From an uncultured Flavobacteriaceae bacterium (GTDB taxonomy: Bacteria; Bacteroidota; Bacteroidia; Flavobacteriales; Flavobacteriaceae): a DNA stretch of 64,000 bases. The notes under the pieces were generated by a model. It was not told where the DNA came from. It did not search any database and saw only the letters and a list, made by a program, of their open reading frames with translations. A program made the translations under genes and the position numbers. Shown here piece after piece: positions 45,990 through 55,571 of the stretch. Where the stretch lies: positions 10,432 to 74,431 of the forward strand of contig CAZPGY010000009.1 of assembly GCA_964586655.1 (NCBI GenBank), written 5' to 3'. Within the stretch, counting starts at the first letter, position 1; every line of letters begins with the position of its first letter.

Positions 45990-46748
45990 ATGATCGAAAA
46001 AGAACCTTACGTTAAAAAACAAATAGAAAACGGAATAGAAACCATAACGTTTTTCACCCCGCACCACAACTCTATGCCGGGTAATATCTTAGCCAAATTG
46101 GCAGCGGCCATTACCGAAGCCGGTCAAAATGAGGAGGTGAAAGTAGTCGTTTTGAAAAGCGCCGGAAATCGCACCTTTTGTGCCGGAGCCAATTTTCAAG
46201 AATTGATTTCTATTGAAAATGAAGAACAAGGCGAAAAATTCTTCATGGGTTTTGCCAATGTAATCAATGCCATGCGTAAATGTCCAAAATTTATTATTGG
46301 TCGTGTGCAAGGAAAAGCAGTTGGCGGCGGTGTTGGCTTGGCAGCTTCTGTAGATTATTGTCTGGCCACGAAATATGCAGCCATTAAATTGAGCGAACTC
46401 AATCTCGGAATAGGCCCATTTACGGTAGGCCCGGCGGTACAGCGAAAAATAGGAGTCAGTGCTTTTGCACAGATGTCTATTAATTGCAATGGTTTTTATG
46501 ACACCGATTGGGCGAGAGAAAAAGGGTTTTATGCCGATGTGTTTGATTCGACGGAAGAACTTGATGAAGCGGTACAAACCTTAGCCGAAGAATTGACCAC
46601 TTTTAATCCGGAAGCGGTCAAAGAAATGAAAAAAATGTATTGGACCGGTACCGAGGACTGGGACGAACTGCTCCATGAGCGCGCCATAACCAGTGGAAAA
46701 TTGGTATTGTCTGCATTTACAAAAGAGAAGCTGAAAAAGTATCAATAA
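45990..46748 (+). CDS. Enoyl-CoA hydratase/isomerase family protein
   Basis: Crotonase fold motifs VVLKSAGNRTFCAGANF and GKAVGGGVGLA. Confidence 0.8.
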   Translation: MIEKEPYVKKQIENGIETITFFTPHHNSMPGNILAKLAAAITEAGQNEEVKVVVLKSAGNRTFCAGANFQELISIENEEQGEKFFMGFANVINAMRKCPKFIIGRVQGKAVGGGVGLAASVDYCLATKYAAIKLSELNLGIGPFTVGPAVQRKIGVSAFAQMSINCNGFYDTDWAREKGFYADVFDSTEELDEAVQTLAEELTTFNPEAVKEMKKMYWTGTEDWDELLHERAITSGKLVLSAFTKEKLKKYQ

Positions 46749-46816
46749 CTGTCAGGATAGCGAAGCGATATTTTTTGTTGCCGTTGTAAAAGAAATAAAC
46801 CACCAAATAAATGTCA

Positions 46817-46920
46817 CTGCGCATTTATTGCGCAGGCGGTTTAATAAAGAAGCGATGCGCTGATTGATAGTCCCGTCGTGAAAGGAACCGAATCCGCAAC
46901 GGGTGCGGATTGACTTGTTG
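46817..46920 (+). repeat. R3 unit 2
   Basis: Palindrome CTGCGCATTTATTGCGCAG plus the hairpin AATCCGCA-ACGGG-TGCGGATT. Confidence 0.85.
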
Positions 46921-46979
46921 TTATTGGATTAGTGCGTATTTGTTGCGTTATAAAAAAACAAAACACCGAATAAATGTCA

Positions 46980-47084
46980 CTGCGCACTTGTTGCGCAGGC
47001 GGTTGCATAAAGGGAGCGATGCGCTGATTGATAGTTCCGTCGTGAAAGGAACCGAATCCGCAACGGGTGCGGATTGACTTGTTG
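46980..47084 (+). repeat. R3 unit 3
   Basis: Palindrome CTGCGCACTTGTTGCGCAG, hairpins GTTCC-gtcgtgaaa-GGAAC and AATCCGCA-ACGGG-TGCGGATT. A partial extra tail gcgtatgcggattgact lies at 47093-47110. Confidence 0.85.
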
Positions 47085-47145
47085 TGGAGGGATGCGTATG
47101 CGGATTGACTTTAAAGAAGTTATTTATTCAAAATAAGATCACATT

Positions 47146-47745
47146 ATGATTTATAAATTCAAAGAATTTACCCCCGTTGTTCACGAATCCAGTTTTGTTC
47201 ATCCTTTGGCGGCAGTGACCGGAAACGTCATCATTGGTAAGGATTGTTATATTGGCCCCGGAGCAGCTGTTCGCGGAGATTGGGGAGAGATTGTATTGGA
47301 AGATGGGGTTAATGTTCAGGAAAACTGTACCGTACATGTTTTTCCCGGCAAGAATGTCACCTTAGAGAAAAGTGCACATATTGGGCATGGAGCTATTATT
47401 CACGGGGCTCATATCGGTCAAAATGTGATGGTGGGCATGAATTCGGTGGTTATGGACGATGCCCATATCGGGAAGGAGTCTATTATTGGCGCCATGGCTT
47501 TTGTCAAAGCGGAAACTGATATTCCCGAGAGGAGTTTGGTGGTGGGTAGTCCGGCCAAAGTCATCAAAAAAGTTTCTGACGAAATGATTGCCTGGAAAAC
47601 TGCCGGCACCCGCCTTTACCAACGCTTACCTTCAGATTGTCACAACTATTTAGAAGAATGTGAGCCCTTACGAGAAGTCCCTAAAAATCGTCCACAACAA
47701 GAAGATTTTTATAAAACGCTGGAAGAATTTAAAAAACAGGAATAA
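47146..47745 (+). CDS. paaY: PaaY-like hexapeptide-repeat (gamma-carbonic-anhydrase fold) protein
   Basis: N-terminus IYKFKEFTPVVHESSFVHPLAAVTGNVIIGKDCYIGPGAAVRGDWG is collinear with E. coli PaaY. Left-handed beta-helix repeats follow. Confidence 0.7.
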   Translation: MIYKFKEFTPVVHESSFVHPLAAVTGNVIIGKDCYIGPGAAVRGDWGEIVLEDGVNVQENCTVHVFPGKNVTLEKSAHIGHGAIIHGAHIGQNVMVGMNSVVMDDAHIGKESIIGAMAFVKAETDIPERSLVVGSPAKVIKKVSDEMIAWKTAGTRLYQRLPSDCHNYLEECEPLREVPKNRPQQEDFYKTLEEFKKQE

Positions 47746-47846
47746 ATCCCTTAAAACAGAATTTATTCTGTTGCTGATGAATGGGGAATTAAACTACCCT
47801 GCACTCAAAGTGCAGGGGGTTTAACTCCGGATTTAAGGCGCTCTTG

Positions 47847-48038
47847 TTACTCCAAGATGAAATTCGAGTTATCTTGGTCATTTTTGTTGCGACGGTGTTC
47901 TATATACTCATTTACCATTTTATCAGTAATATTCCCACTACTCCAAGCCCATATCCGCTGGCCCAAAAATGTCGTCCCCAATAATGTCTCTTCAAGTCAG
48001 GAAATTCCTGTTGTAACTTCCGGGAAGCTTCCCATTTT
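47847..48038 (-). mobile_element. tnpA: IS200/IS605-family tnpA remnant (C-terminal ~63 codons, frameshifted)
   Basis: The minus-strand translation KWEASRKLQQEFPDLKRHYWGRHFWASGY continues, after a frameshift, as NITDKMVNEYIEHRRNKNDQDNSNFILE*. This is the classic IS200 TnpA C-terminus. The N-terminal HUH part is absent. An adjacent perfect hairpin CCCTGCAC-TCAAA-GTGCAGGG lies at 47797-47817. Confidence 0.6.
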
Positions 48039-48063
48039 TAGGACAATGCTAAATTAGAAAAAT

Positions 48064-48297
48064 TTATTCGTTTAAGCGGGAATTCCCGCTCAAATGAATT
48101 TTTGCATAAACTTTGGGCGGCAGGTTATTCAGGCTGTCGTGAGGGCAATAATTGTTATAATCCTCCACCCATTTTGCCGTAATGTTCCTGACTTGGTCAA
48201 TCGTCTCAAATATATAAGCATCCAAAACACCGCGCCGGAATGAACCGTTAAGCCGCTCTATATACGCGTTTTGCGCGACATATTTTGCCGAAATGAT
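48064..48297 (-). mobile_element. IS3-family transposase (orfB/integrase) 3' remnant
   Basis: The minus-strand translation [64 protein letters not shown] matches the conserved rve C-terminal region. A stop codon lies immediately upstream. It contains the palindrome GCGGGAATTCCCGC. Confidence 0.6.
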
Positions 48298-48472
48298 TTA
48301 CCCGTATCCGGCATCCCCTAAATTATTTATTGATAACTCCATAGCTGACGAGCAAGTGGCAGTTCCCCCGCAAGAAAACGGGGCAGGCTGTCCAACAGGG
48401 CGTTTCATTGTTGGTGCTGCGAGCCCAACGAAACACTGGTTGTTAACGGCTTTTTTTTTATTCACAATATTT

Positions 48473-49054
48473 TCATCCGTTATTTGATTTCTTTTGTTTA
48501 ATGAATTCATCGGTGAAATGTTCATTATGTTTCTCTTTTAAAAACTTTTCTTTATTGTAGGTAGAGGATTTTCCCTTTGGAATGGATAGTGAGCGCCAAT
48601 TTTTACCACAAATCATTTTACCAATAAAAACAATTTGTCCGATGTGATATGCATAGTGAGCAAGTTGTCGATTTATAGCTTCCACAACGCTATGTCCTTG
48701 ATTTCTTATATAAATAGTTTTGTTTAAATCTTGATTGGTCAAGGAATTAATACTCTTAAATAGGCATTCCCAACCTTTTTCCCACTTAGCCAACATTTCT
48801 TTTCTATTTTTTATATCGTTTATGAATTCGTCATCACGATTCCGCCATTCTTTCTCTCCATCAGAGGTTAAAAAATCCGTCCATCTCGACAACATATTAC
48901 CATACAAATGTTTGACAATTACAACAATATCATTGCTTGTTTTGTTATACTTCCAAAAGAGTTTTTCATCAGGAATTTGCTCAAAGGTTCTTTCTCCCAA
49001 TATTTTATAATATTGGAATTGTTTTTCAACACTTTTTAAATAATTATCAGGCAT
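48473..49054 (-). CDS. DUF1572-family (DinB-like) protein
   Basis: FQYYKILGERTF..HLYGNMLSRWTDFLTSDGEKEWRNRD..QLAHYAYHIGQIVFIGK closely follows the DUF1572 pattern as I know it. Confidence 0.7.
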   Translation of the reverse strand: MPDNYLKSVEKQFQYYKILGERTFEQIPDEKLFWKYNKTSNDIVVIVKHLYGNMLSRWTDFLTSDGEKEWRNRDDEFINDIKNRKEMLAKWEKGWECLFKSINSLTNQDLNKTIYIRNQGHSVVEAINRQLAHYAYHIGQIVFIGKMICGKNWRSLSIPKGKSSTYNKEKFLKEKHNEHFTDEFIKQKKSNNG

Positions 49055-49487
49055 AAGTTGTTTTTAAAATTGCCGTTAACTCCCCAAATATACGCAACTC
49101 CCTTAAAAGTCAAAATAAGATCTTAAAACCCATCATTCACTATCCGAGTTGCATGGTTTATAATTTGAAGCGCCATTCAAGAAAAATATGGAGTGGATGA
49201 TGACTTTTGCTGTACCTATTCAGCCATTACAAAAACAGAATTGCTTCAGGGCTTTTTTCCCCTTCTCCTAAAAGACCTGAAATACCCTTGGCTTCCTGTT
49301 AATTATACCGTTAAAAAGCAAGGGGGGTTTCAAAACTTGGCTGAATAGTTTTCTTTTGCTCAACAATTTATAAAACAAGCTGATTTACAGAATATTGATA
49401 ATGATTTATTGTCAATTTTTCTCTTTATAGCATACTTTGGTGGCGCAAGAAATTTAAGCTGTATGAACAAAAGCTTAAATAATTCTG

Positions 49488-49495
49488 TATTTTTG
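49488..49495 (+). promoter_or_regulatory. Candidate -7 promoter box (TATTTTTG)
   Basis: TAnnTTTG match 38 nt upstream of the ATG at 49533. Confidence 0.25.
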
Positions 49496-49532
49496 ACTTC
49501 TATTTAATGCAAACAAAAACTAAAACGGAATT

Positions 49533-51692
49533 ATGAAACGCTATTACATTCTTCCCTTGATATTGTCTGTAGTGCTGGTAACGGCCTGTGGCAATAATCA
49601 AAAGAAAAAAGGAGACAACAAGGCCGAAGCGCAAAACGACACTACGGCTACAGAAAATCCGCTTATGAGTGAGAGCAATTTACCTTATGGGGTTCCTAAT
49701 TTTGATAAAATTAGCACCGAGGATTATAAACCTGCCATTGTAGCCGGGATTGAAAAAAAGAAAAAGGAAATCAAAAAAATTGCCAATAACCCGGAGGCTC
49801 CTACTTTTGAAAACACCTTTGTAGCACTTGAAAAATCAGGGCAAGATTTGCAAAGGGCATTATTGCCTTTTTTCTTGATGACCAGTGCCAACACCAACGA
49901 TACCTTGCAAGAGGTACAAGAAGAGATGGCTCCAAAATTGGCTTCCCTAAGTGATTTTGTGTTTTTAAACGACAAATTGTTTAAACGGGTCAAAACCATT
50001 TATGACCAACGTGAGGAATTAAATTTAAAGCCCGAAGCTCTGCGATTGGTAGAATATTATTATGAGCAGTTTACCTTGCGCGGCGCTAACTTGTCAGATG
50101 AAAAGAAAGAACAGCTGAGAGATATTAATAAAAAACTGGCCAGCTTGGGATCCAAGTTTTCACAAAAGATATTGGCTTCTTTTACCAAATCTGCTTTGGT
50201 GGTTGACAGCAAAGAAGACCTGGCCGGTTTAAGTGAAGCTGCTATCAAATCAGCCGCTGAATATGCCGATGGTCACGGACACGAAGGAAAATATGAAATT
50301 CCTTTGGTCAATACCACCCAGCAGCCGGCATTGGCAAGCTTGGAGAATCGTGAAATTCGTAAAAAATTGTTCATGAATTCCATTAACCGTGCCGAAAAAG
50401 GAGATGAACAAGACACCCGCGATATTGTTTTGGAAATGGCAAAGCTTCGCGCCGATAAAGCCAAATTATTAGGATATGACAGCTATGCCGAATGGAATTT
50501 GCAAGACCAAATGGCCAAATCCCCCGAAGCGGTACAAGAACTGTTGGGCAAAATTGTTCCGGCAGCCACCAAAAAAGCCAAAGCTGAAGCAGCTGCCCTT
50601 CAAGAAGTGATTGAAAAATCTGGAAAGGATTTTGAACTCGAGCCTTGGGATTGGAATTTTTATGCTGAAAAACTACGCAAAGCTAAATATGAACTTGATG
50701 AAGACGTGATCAAGCAATATTTTGTATTGGACAGTGTATTGAAAAACGGAATTTTTTATGCTGCTCACAAATTGTATGGAATTACTTTTGAAGAGCGCCA
50801 TGACATTCCGGTTTACAATGACGATGTGCGGGTTTTTGAATTGAAAGAAGAAGACGGTACAACTATCGGATTGTTTTATTGTGATTATTTTAAACGCGAT
50901 AATAAACGTGGAGGTGCTTGGATGTCTAACATCAGGATACAATCAGGCTTGATGAATCAGAAACCTGTTATTTATAATGTGTGTAACTATCAAAAACCGG
51001 CTGAAGGCGAACCGGCCTTGTTGAGTTTTGATAATGTTTCAACAATGTTCCACGAGTTTGGACACGCCCTGCACGGGTTCTTCGCTTCTCAAGAATACCC
51101 AACGCTTTCCGGTACTTCTGTGCCTCGGGATTTTGTTGAGTTCCCCTCACAGATTAATGAGTATTGGGCGGTTTACCCCGATGTGCTGAAAAACTATGCC
51201 AAGCATTATAAAACCGGAGAAGTTATTCCACAGCAATTAATCGATAAGATTAAAAAAGCTTCTACCTTTAACCAGGGATATATGATGAGCGAACTCTTGG
51301 AATCTGCACAATTGGATATGCAGTGGCACATGATTGCAGCCGATGAAGACGTTACGGATGTAGATCAGTTTGAAGAACAAGCTTTAAAAAGCACCGGGCT
51401 TTACCTGGAAAACGTACCGCCACGTTATCGCAGCTCTTACTTCAGCCACATTTGGAGTGGAGGATATGCTGCCGGTTATTATGCCTATATCTGGACCAAT
51501 GTCCTTTCGGCAGATGCCCATTCTTGGTTTGAAGAAAATGGCGGCATGACCCGTGAAAACGGACAGCGTTTCCGCGAAATGATCTTGTCTATCGGTAATA
51601 CCAAAAACCTGAGCAACGCCTTTAAGGAATTCCGCGGCCATGCTCCTGATATTACCCCAATGCTGGAAGATATAGGATTGGTACAAAAATAA
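49533..51692 (+). CDS. dcp: M3-family zinc metallopeptidase (peptidyl-dipeptidase Dcp-like), lipoprotein
   Basis: Lipobox LVTACGNN and zinc motif FHEFGHALHG, 719 aa. Confidence 0.75.
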   Translation: MKRYYILPLILSVVLVTACGNNQKKKGDNKAEAQNDTTATENPLMSESNLPYGVPNFDKISTEDYKPAIVAGIEKKKKEIKKIANNPEAPTFENTFVALEKSGQDLQRALLPFFLMTSANTNDTLQEVQEEMAPKLASLSDFVFLNDKLFKRVKTIYDQREELNLKPEALRLVEYYYEQFTLRGANLSDEKKEQLRDINKKLASLGSKFSQKILASFTKSALVVDSKEDLAGLSEAAIKSAAEYADGHGHEGKYEIPLVNTTQQPALASLENREIRKKLFMNSINRAEKGDEQDTRDIVLEMAKLRADKAKLLGYDSYAEWNLQDQMAKSPEAVQELLGKIVPAATKKAKAEAAALQEVIEKSGKDFELEPWDWNFYAEKLRKAKYELDEDVIKQYFVLDSVLKNGIFYAAHKLYGITFEERHDIPVYNDDVRVFELKEEDGTTIGLFYCDYFKRDNKRGGAWMSNIRIQSGLMNQKPVIYNVCNYQKPAEGEPALLSFDNVSTMFHEFGHALHGFFASQEYPTLSGTSVPRDFVEFPSQINEYWAVYPDVLKNYAKHYKTGEVIPQQLIDKIKKASTFNQGYMMSELLESAQLDMQWHMIAADEDVTDVDQFEEQALKSTGLYLENVPPRYRSSYFSHIWSGGYAAGYYAYIWTNVLSADAHSWFEENGGMTRENGQRFREMILSIGNTKNLSNAFKEFRGHAPDITPMLEDIGLVQK

Positions 51693-51716
51693 ACTAAGCC
51701 TGATTCTTAAAATTAT

Positions 51717-51745
51717 AAAAGCTCCGGAAACGGAGCTTTTTTATT
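51717..51745 (+). terminator. Rho-independent terminator
   Basis: aaaaGCTCCG-gaaa-CGGAGCtttttt, 25 nt after the dcp-like stop. Confidence 0.65.
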
Positions 51746-51814
51746 GTCCAATTTCTAAACCTTATTGAAGGCATTTGCATTCTCTTATTTTGATGACTTC
51801 TGTGGAAGAGGGCC

Positions 51815-51995
51815 GGTTCTATTGGCATGTGAATTTAGTGTTACAGGTCAAAGCAAAAACTCTGTCTTTCCGGAAGACACAGGCACAGGTATAGCCATGA
51901 CGGGTATTTAGCCGATATTGAACGAAGTCGAAATGCAGAGGTTTGGAATTTTTACCTGAATATTAGCTTATTTTGTAGGTGGATTTGGCATAAGA
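51815..51995 (-). repeat. R1 family copy D (inverted)
   Basis: gttacaggtcaaagcaaaaac..gacacaggcacaggtatagccatgacgg..cagaggtttggaatttttacctgaatattagcttattttgta aligns with the reverse complement of copy B. Confidence 0.6.
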
Positions 51996-52066
51996 TAATT
52001 TGCAAAGTTCTGCGCATTAAGGTATACTTGTAGTCCTATTTTTTATTTTTTTGACAGCGGATTATT

Positions 52067-54766
52067 TTGAAAAGAAGAGCTAAAATATTTACGTGGATTG
52101 GAGGGATTGTATTCCTGATAATTATACTGAGTTCCTTCACCGGTTTGATTGTAGAATACCTGTGGTTGGATGAAGTGGGATATTCCGGCATATTTTGGAA
52201 GATTAAAAAAACACAATTCCTGCTGTTTTTTATTGCTTTGGCCATTGCATTATTATACACCGGGGTCAATGTGCATTTGATCACCAAAAAATTGAAAACC
52301 CTATATCTCAACTTAGGACAAGGTCCCGGAGGATCTCCCAGCGTAGTGAGTTTAAAACCTAAGGTTTTCAAGGTAATCTTATATGTTTTGGCTGGAATTA
52401 TCAGCCTTGTTTTTGCCTTTAGTTGGGCGGCAGAATGGAATGAATTTTTCCGATTTTTCCACAGCCAGTCTTTTGATACCGTGGATCCTGTTTTTGGCAA
52501 AGATGTTTCTTTTTATGTCTTTAGTCTTCCCTTATTGGAATCCATACAAAACAGCCTGATTTTCTTGGTTTTTGTGGTCACGGTATTTTCTATTGCTTAC
52601 CATTTGGCCTCGGGTCATATTTCTTTAACAAAGCATCATTTACAAACCGGTACGACCGCCCTCAAACAAATATTTACCAATATTGGAATATGGTTTCTAT
52701 TGCTGGCATGGGGCTATTATTTGGATCGTTTTCAGATTTTATATAAAGACAACGATATTATTTACGGAGCCGGATATACCGATATTCATGTGCTGCTGCC
52801 CGTATTTTGGATTATGGGAGCCGCCTCCATTTTGATGGCAGTTTTTGCATTTATACAAACCAAACGCCCCCAATTCAAAAACTTTATCAAAGCCGCATTG
52901 GCTCTTTTTTTTATAGGAATTATCGGCCAGGGCATTTTACCGGGACTTATTCAAAATTATAAGGTAGACCCCAGTCAATTTAGTTTGGAAGAGCCTTATA
53001 TTAAGAACAACATCAAATACACGCGTTTAGCCTATAACTTAGACGAGGTGGAGGTCAGGAGTTACAACACTTCCGACACCGTTAAGTACAATCAGATAGA
53101 AGCGCATAAAGAAGCGATCAAAAACGTTCGTATTTGGGACCAAAACTTGACGGTAGACACCTATAAGCAGTTGCAAGAAATTCGACTCTATTACGAATTT
53201 TACAATATCGATCTTGACCGTTATCACACCAATGAAGGATATCGACAAGTGCTCATCTCGGCTCGCGAACTCACTTCCGACCTTCCGGCTAATGCCGAAA
53301 CCTGGGTCAATCGTCGGCTGCAATACACCCATGGTTATGGGGTAGTAATGAGTCCGTCCACCCAAAAAACAACAGAGGGAAGCCCCATTTTTTACATTCA
53401 GGACATCCCTCCGCAATCCACCATGGGGTTATCGGTTAGTCAACCCGCTATTTATTATGGGGAGTCGGGGAGTGGATACAAATTGGTCAACACCAAAATC
53501 AGTGAATTGGATTATCCAAAAGGCGATAAAAATGTATATACCCATTACAAAGGCAAAGGCGGCGTACCCATCGATGGCCTTTTTAGACAATTGCTTTTTT
53601 CTTATCAGTTTAGCGACATCAATATCCTGCTCACCGATTATATTCAAGAAGGCAGTAGGATTCAATTTTGGCGTGCGGTCAAGAAACGCGTTCATAAAAT
53701 AGCTCCTTTCCTAAATCTGGATAACGATCCTTATATCGTATTAAGCGAAGGGAAATTATACTGGATTCAAGATGCTTATACCACGGCTTCTCATTATCCT
53801 TATTCTGCCCCTTACAATCGAAAAAATAATTACATCCGAAACTCGGTGAAAGTAGTCATTGACGCCTATCAGGGAAGCGTTAATTTTTATATTTCTAATC
53901 CCAATGACCCGGTATTGCAAGTGTATAAAGAGGTCTTTCCAAAGCTGTTTAAGCCCCTTGACCAAATGCCGGGAACCCTCAAACAGCACATTAAATATCC
54001 CAAGGACTTGTTTGAAATACAGCTTGAGAAATTTAGTGTGTATCACATGGTCAATCCCCGAGTTTTTTATAACCAGGAGGATTTATGGGAAAGACCGGTA
54101 GAGACTTATGGCGGGCGACAAATACAAATGCGTCCTTATTATATGTTGGGCATTTTACCTGATGAGCAGCGCTTGCAATATATGTTGATCAGTCCGATGA
54201 CGCCCAAAAATCGAGACAATATGATTTCATGGATTGTGGTCAAATCTGATTTTCCGGGTTATGGGCAAATTATCAATTACGAACTGCCCAAAGAGAAACT
54301 CTATCTCGGTCCGGCGCAGATTGAAGCAAAAATCAATCAAAACACCGAAATCTCTCGGCAGCTCTCACTCTGGGATCAACGCGGGTCCAAGGTGATTCGA
54401 GGAAATTTAATGGTCATTCCAATTGAGAATTCATTCTTATATGTGGAGCCTGTATTTTTGTTTTCGACCAATATTAATATCCCACAGCTCAAACGAGTTA
54501 TCGCCACCACCGGATCCAAAGTGGTGATGGAACCTTCTTTGCAAGAATCCATACTCGCTCTGTATGATAAAAAACCGATTATCCCGGCAGTGGCCGATTC
54601 TTTAAGTCTTATTCCGCCCACGCTCTTAAAAGGAATAGGAGACCAGCAACTCCACAAAGTCAAAAGCACTTGGAAAGAATTGCAGGAAGCCCTTAAAGCA
54701 GGTGACTGGGAAGAATTTGGCCAAAAGATGGATAGAATCAATCAATTATTGAAAGAGTCCGAATGA
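52067..54766 (+). CDS. UPF0182-family membrane protein
   Basis: 899 aa with about 7 N-terminal TM segments and a large extracytoplasmic domain carrying RLQYTHGYGVVMSP. It appears to use a TTG start, and no in-frame ATG is nearby. Confidence 0.75.
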   Translation: MKRRAKIFTWIGGIVFLIIILSSFTGLIVEYLWLDEVGYSGIFWKIKKTQFLLFFIALAIALLYTGVNVHLITKKLKTLYLNLGQGPGGSPSVVSLKPKVFKVILYVLAGIISLVFAFSWAAEWNEFFRFFHSQSFDTVDPVFGKDVSFYVFSLPLLESIQNSLIFLVFVVTVFSIAYHLASGHISLTKHHLQTGTTALKQIFTNIGIWFLLLAWGYYLDRFQILYKDNDIIYGAGYTDIHVLLPVFWIMGAASILMAVFAFIQTKRPQFKNFIKAALALFFIGIIGQGILPGLIQNYKVDPSQFSLEEPYIKNNIKYTRLAYNLDEVEVRSYNTSDTVKYNQIEAHKEAIKNVRIWDQNLTVDTYKQLQEIRLYYEFYNIDLDRYHTNEGYRQVLISARELTSDLPANAETWVNRRLQYTHGYGVVMSPSTQKTTEGSPIFYIQDIPPQSTMGLSVSQPAIYYGESGSGYKLVNTKISELDYPKGDKNVYTHYKGKGGVPIDGLFRQLLFSYQFSDINILLTDYIQEGSRIQFWRAVKKRVHKIAPFLNLDNDPYIVLSEGKLYWIQDAYTTASHYPYSAPYNRKNNYIRNSVKVVIDAYQGSVNFYISNPNDPVLQVYKEVFPKLFKPLDQMPGTLKQHIKYPKDLFEIQLEKFSVYHMVNPRVFYNQEDLWERPVETYGGRQIQMRPYYMLGILPDEQRLQYMLISPMTPKNRDNMISWIVVKSDFPGYGQIINYELPKEKLYLGPAQIEAKINQNTEISRQLSLWDQRGSKVIRGNLMVIPIENSFLYVEPVFLFSTNINIPQLKRVIATTGSKVVMEPSLQESILALYDKKPIIPAVADSLSLIPPTLLKGIGDQQLHKVKSTWKELQEALKAGDWEEFGQKMDRINQLLKESE

Positions 54767-54839
54767 GAGAAGGAACTGTTAAATTAAAAATGTCGGCCTT
54801 ATATCAAATTCATTTATGAAATAGGCCAAAGATTCGGTA

Positions 54840-55571
54840 TTAACGCTTGCTTTTAGCGGTTTGTTTGGTAATCGGAATCAGATAAGAAACAGAATAGCCC
54901 CAACCGATACCGAATAGACTGTGGTCAAAATTTCGGTTGTATCCCGGAATCCAGAGGTTGCCAAAATTATCAGGTTCTTTTTGAGACACAATACGTTTCA
55001 ATTCGGCGTGGATTCCCAAATAAAGATTGCGAACAATTTCGGTCTTGAGGCCTACTTGAAATTCAATCCAATGGGCATTCAATTGTTTAAATTTCTCTCT
55101 GTTATACCGAACATCCGGGGAGAAGTAATGATCGTAATCGTGGATGGTATATTGGGTTAATTCCTCTGAAAACATTGAAAATCCGTAACGCAGGCCTACA
55201 TAAATTTCATTCTGCATCCAAAGAACATTGTTATAGGTATTGTAATTTACCCCCAATTTAAAATAGCTGCCTTTGCTCTTTACCCGCAGGTTGTTTTCTT
55301 GGGTGATATAACTTTCCCGTCCCAGTTCTATAGCAGGACGAAAGCGATTATTCAACCGATAATCGGCCTCAATGGCAATCCCCTGATAATTGTCGTCAAT
55401 GAGAGAACGAATAGGTTTGCTCAAATCTATCCCCAAACGTATTCCATATCGCTTTTGATAAACAATGGAGTCTTGCGCATTATCGTCTTTAGCATTTTCC
55501 TGAGCATGACCGGTAAAGCCCATACCGAGGAAGAGACTAAAAATAAATATAAACGTGAGGCTGCTTTTCAT
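54840..55571 (-). CDS. Outer-membrane beta-barrel-like protein (DUF6048-type)
   Basis: Signal peptide ending GHAQ, alternating aromatic beta-strand pattern, and C-terminal aromatic-rich strands. The family name is from memory of flavobacterial annotations. Confidence 0.45.
   Translation of the reverse strand: MKSSLTFIFIFSLFLGMGFTGHAQENAKDDNAQDSIVYQKRYGIRLGIDLSKPIRSLIDDNYQGIAIEADYRLNNRFRPAIELGRESYITQENNLRVKSKGSYFKLGVNYNTYNNVLWMQNEIYVGLRYGFSMFSEELTQYTIHDYDHYFSPDVRYNREKFKQLNAHWIEFQVGLKTEIVRNLYLGIHAELKRIVSQKEPDNFGNLWIPGYNRNFDHSLFGIGWGYSVSYLIPITKQTAKSKR

Noticed and set aside
46089-46577. A 162-aa minus-strand ORF inside the enoyl-CoA hydratase gene. Similar antisense ORFs lie at 23489-23992, 9950-10378, 17865-18332, 43075-43515, 38577-39008 and 26878-27315.
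   Set aside because: All are antisense to ORFs with strong family motifs, and their translations are low-complexity or hydrophobic noise.
43150-47745. Reading paaZ-ech-paaY as a complete phenylacetate degradation pathway.
   Set aside because: The oxygenase (paaABCDE), ligase (paaK) and thiolase components are absent from the window. Only a partial cluster can be claimed.
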